DNA of 64,000 nt from Octopus bimaculoides (lineage: Eukaryota), in assembly GCF_001194135.2 (NCBI RefSeq), contig NC_068982.1, positions 186,528,289-186,592,288 on the forward strand. Reading direction: 5' to 3'. Within the stretch, counting starts at the first letter, position 1; each line of letters opens with the position of its first letter. This document shows positions 60,265 through 64,000 of the stretch, one piece after another. The notes beneath the pieces are model-generated. The model was not told the DNA's origin and ran no database searches. It saw only the letters and a list, made by a program, of their open reading frames with translations. Both the position numbers and the translations under genes were made by a program.

Positions 60265-60740
60265 ATCATCATCATTGTTTAACGTCTGCTCTCCATGCTG
60301 GCATGGGTTGGACGGTTTGACTGAGGACTGGCAAGCCAGAAGGCTGCACCAATCTGATCTGGCAAAGTTTCTACAGCTGGATGCCCTTCCTAGCATCAAC
60401 CACTCTGAGAGTGTAGTGGGTGCTTTTGCATGCCACTGGCACTGGCAACGTCCATGCTCGAATGTTGTTTTCCATGTGCCACTGGCACATGTACCAGTAA
60501 GGCAACACTGGCAATGATCACACTCAAATGGTGCTTTTTATGTGCCACCACAGAAGAGCCAGGCAGCAGCAATGATCATGCTCGGTTGGTGCTTTTAACG
60601 TTCCACTGGCACAAGTGCCGATCAGGCGATATTGTCATCAACCATGTCAGCGATTTTGATTTCACTTGCCTCAACAAGTCTTTGCAAGCAGAGTTTATTG
60701 TCCAATGAATGAAGGGTACTCATAAGTGGGCTGGTTATAC
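60265..60740 (-). mobile_element. RTE 3' end with tandem 3'UTR units
   Basis: Same family. Other copies at about 2370-2640(-), 2850-3000(+), 5270-5330(+), 7575-7920(-), 9570-9880(+), 14700-14860(-), 15715-16070(-), 24910-24955(+), 29090-29188(+), 33050-33165(+), 36185-36465(+), 49225-49447(+), 51045-51385(+), 52190-52430(-), 53630-53960(+), 56390-56675(-). Confidence 0.8.
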
Positions 60741-60979
60741 ACCACTTTAAAGAGATTTTAGGGCAGCTACTCAGAACATCATCCTGCAGCTCATCAGATA
60801 CCTATGTTTTCACTTAATCTAGTATCCTCAGTGACGAATATTCTCAGACATCCTGAACTAAGACATAAAATATTTATTCCAACAACATTTAACTCACAAA
60901 AGGAATTTCTATAATGCAAAATATAACCATATTGATCTGCATTTTTATGTATGTATATGTGTGTGTATGTATGTATGTA

Positions 60980-61029
<50 letters not shown>

Positions 61030-61041
61030 NNNNNNNNNNTA

Positions 61042-61092
<51 letters not shown>

Positions 61093-61151
61093 CAGAATGA
61101 GATAACAAAGCCAAGGGTGTAAGGAGTTTTCAGGACATTTTTAAAAGAAAT

Positions 61152-61202
61152 AGTCTTTACAGCTGTTTCTGGGATATTATGGATATCCCTTCATCAGAGA
61201 CG
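61152..61202 (-). ncRNA. Type I hammerhead ribozyme motif
   Basis: Minus: GTCT CTGATGA A GGGATAT ccata ATATCCC A GAA ACAGCTGT A (A) AGAC. Perfect 7-bp stem II, 8-nt palindromic stem III, GUA, one extra A before stem I. Confidence 0.62.
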
Positions 61203-61918
61203 GTGTGAGAAGGTTAAATAGATACCAATACCTCTCATATATATATATAAATGCAGGCAGACATATGTATATAATATGTGCATATGTTTCTTTAGGATTA
61301 TTTTAAGTGTTTTTCATTAATAGTAAGTCAAACCAGTCACTAGCAAAATGGCAAGACTCTTTTGTTTAAAGCAAGTCAGCTCTTGTGATTTGTGGTTACC
61401 TGAACTGGTTGATGTGTGTGTGTGTGTGTATGTATAAACTTGCACTTGTGTGTTCATCTCTATTCCATGTGTGTATATGATTGTGTTCCTATGTTCAACT
61501 CAGGAACCACAGGCAGAGAATCTCTGGAATGTTTAACAAACTTTCACTTTTCCTTTAATCAATTGTATTTCGAAGATGCAAATCAGTTTGTTTTGGGGGA
61601 AACCCAAGCATTCTTCTGTTTCTATGCAGATCTGTTGTTTCACAGCCTAGTGCACACATACATATACATGTATACACATAACAAGTTCTCAGTTTCTACC
61701 TACCAAATTTGCTCTCAAGGCATTGGTTGGACTAAGGCTTTAGTAGAAGACACTTGCCCCAGATGCCATACAGTGGGACTGAACACAAGATTAAATGGTT
61801 GGGAAGCAAGCTTCTTAACCACACAGCCATACCTGCACCTACACACATGAGAAAACCAGATACTACCAAATAAATGATTCCTAAAAGCAAATGAAATGCC
61901 AAAAACAGAAAGCAAGAC

Positions 61919-61954
<36 letters not shown>

Positions 61955-62540
61955 NNNNNNNNNNNNNNNNNNNNNNNNNNNNNNNNNNNNNNNNNNNNNN
62001 NNNNNNNNNNNNNNNNNNNNNNNNNNNNNNNNNNNNNNNNNNNCACACACACACACACACACACACACACACCATCATCATCATCATCATCAAACAAAAA
62101 AAAGAAGGGGGAATGATTTAGAAGACCCCGCCCATCTTAGCTTCTTTGTAACATTTTCTCTGGATAAGGCCATAGACTTCTAGACTTCTACAGCATAAGT
62201 TACCATAAACATTTATTGTCGGAATATGGGTAGGGAATATGTAAGGGTGTGACTGGGTAGATAAGATTACAGGGTACATGGGAAGGTGACCAGTATGAAA
62301 ATATATCACAACAACGTGGGAATTGTATGGGTTTGAGGATAAGAGAGAGATACATACAGAAAGTGTGTGAAAATACAACTAGATATACAGTGTATATGAG
62401 AAAAAGAAGGGGGACGGAAAACAACACACACACACACACACACACACACAGAGGCATTCCAAGAGAGTTTGAAATTCCTAGTGCACCAAAAAAACCATTG
62501 TTTCTTTGGATGTTTATCTTTTAAGGATTGTGCATATGTA

Positions 62541-62571
<31 letters not shown>

Positions 62572-63520
62572 TTATAAATATTCTTTTAATAAATATTTTG
62601 AACATTCATGATATTTCTAAAGTTTTTATTGTTGTATTTGCTGGTCTTTTTACCGTACCTTTTAGACACTTTAGAGACTGAATACTATAAATTCATTTAT
62701 TGATTCTTGAAGGAATTGAACACACATATTGTATCTTGCGTTAGACATATGGTATTATTCCTGTGATTTTCCACCCTTATGTATCCATTTTTACTATAAG
62801 ATATGTATATATATATATATATATATATNNNNNNNNNNNNNNNNNNNNNNNNNNNNNNNNNNNNNNNNNNNNNNNNNNNNNNNNNNNNNNNNNNNNNNNN
62901 NNNNNNNNNNNNNNNNNNNNNNNNNNNNNNNNNNNNNNNNNNNNNNNNNNNNNNNNNNNNNNNNNNNNNNNNNNNNNNNNNNNNNNNNNNNNNNNNNNNN
63001 NNNNNNNNNNNNNNNNNNNNNNNNNNNNNNNNNNNNNNNNNNNNNNNNNNNNNNNNNNNNNNNNNNNNNNNNNNNNNNNNNNNNNNNNNNNNNNNNNNNN
63101 NNNNNNNNNNNNNNNNNNNNNNNNNNNNNNNNNNNNNNNNNNNNNNNNNNNNNNNNNNNNNNNNNNNNNNNNNNNNNNNNNNNNNNNNNNNNNNNNNNNN
63201 NNNNNNNNNNNNNNNNNNNNNNNNNNNNNNNNNNNNNNNNNNNNNNNNNNNNNNNNNNNNNNNNNNNNNNNNNNNNNNNNNNNNNNNNNNNNNNNNNNNN
63301 NNNNNNNNNNNNNNNNNNNNNNNNNNNNNNNNNNNNNNNNNNNNNNNNNNNNNNNNNNNNNNNNNNNNNNNNNNNNNNNNNNNNNNNNNNNNNNNNNNNN
63401 NNNNNNNNNNNNNNNNNNNNNNNNNNNNNNNNNNNNNNNNNNNNNNNNNNNNNNNNNNNNNNNNNNNNNNNNNNNNNNNNNNNNNNNNNNNNNNNNNNNN
63501 NNNNNNNNNNNNNNNNNNNN

Positions 63521-63554
<34 letters not shown>

Positions 63555-63955
63555 ACAGGTGTGGCTGTGTGATAAGAAGCTTGCTTCCCAACCACATGGT
63601 TCTGGGTTCAGTTCCACTGCATAGGACCTTGGGAAAGTGTCTTCTACTATAGCTTCAGGCCGACCAAAGCCTTGTCAGTGGATTTGGTGGATGGAAACTG
63701 AAAGAAGCCTGTCATATATGTATAGTATATGTATGTACGTATATATCTATGTGTGTGTGTGTCTTTATTTGTCCCTACATCTTGACAACCGGAGTTGGTG
63801 CGTTTACATCCATGTAACCTAGCAGTTTACCAAAAGAGACTGATAGAATAAGTACTAGGTTTCAAAGAATAAGTCCTGGGATCGATTTGTCCAACTAAAA
63901 CCCTTCAAGGCAGTGCTCCAGTATGAGTGAAACAAGAAAATGAATAAAAGAAAAT
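63555..63955 (+). mobile_element. SINE family A
   Basis: Collinear. Partial copies also at about 4200-4295, 7391-7565, 7960-8070, 13953-14090, 17520-17740, 18430-18595, 23255-23575, 32220-32410, 33170-33290, 42590-42670, 46880-47075, 47615-47760, 53030-53190, 56100-56280, 56730-56900, 57065-57272, 61680-61840. Confidence 0.85.
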
Positions 63956-63957
63956 AA

Positions 63958-64000
<43 letters not shown>

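Larger units (their letters stand above)
72..63520. other. Assembly gaps (N-runs)
   Basis: 72-640, 1539-2047, 5903-6447, 14861-14870, 18166-18399, 24203-24322, 32604-32947, 38032-38143, 41538-42032, 42685-43242, 44975-45297, 53962-53970, 54597-55192, 56282-56331, 56970-56979, 58415-58937, 61030-61039, 61955-62043, 62829-63520. Most abut microsatellites or SINEs. Confidence 0.97.

Noticed and set aside
1-64000. Most ORFs in the supplied six-frame track
   Set aside because: They are runs of X over gaps, translations of microsatellites (HTHT, CVCV, YIYI, IIII) or recurring SINE/RTE 3'UTR frames (WLALGRASS, FLQLDALPNAN); no host-protein signal.

Overview
AT-rich eukaryotic genomic DNA from a gapped draft scaffold (19 N-runs, dense CA/TA/CAT/TAT microsatellites). 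The repeat content is typical of an octopus (coleoid cephalopod) genome; this species call is inference from the repeat families. No prokaryotic systems are present, and almost all ORFs in the supplied track are microsatellite or gap artefacts. The only host-gene coding sequence I can support is one ankyrin-repeat exon (28737/28819-28969, +), closest to PPP1R27/MYPT-type PP1 regulators; no further exon was recognisable. The rest is a transposon landscape: four tRNA-derived SINE families, about 25 5'-truncated RTE LINE ends, CR1-group and R4/Dong-like LINE fragments, a Penelope-like (PLE) RT relic, a mariner with intact TIRs, a Tc1 5' end, and Tigger-, piggyBac- and hAT-like MITEs. The most interesting signal is RNA structure. 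About ten type I hammerhead-ribozyme motifs or relics occur here, most with the palindromic stem III known from PLE hammerheads. They fall in several unrelated sequence families, mostly inside fold-back or pseudo-LTR-like repeats (11.0, 11.3, 13.8, 17.9, 36.0, 38.5, 53.4, 61.2 kb). Two copies (24.6-24.9 kb; 33.7-34.6 kb) belong to a tRNA-headed SINE-like element with a hammerhead 3' module and a 5' inverted duplication, a candidate SINE mobilised by Penelope-like elements. All folds were derived by eye and ribozyme activity is untested.
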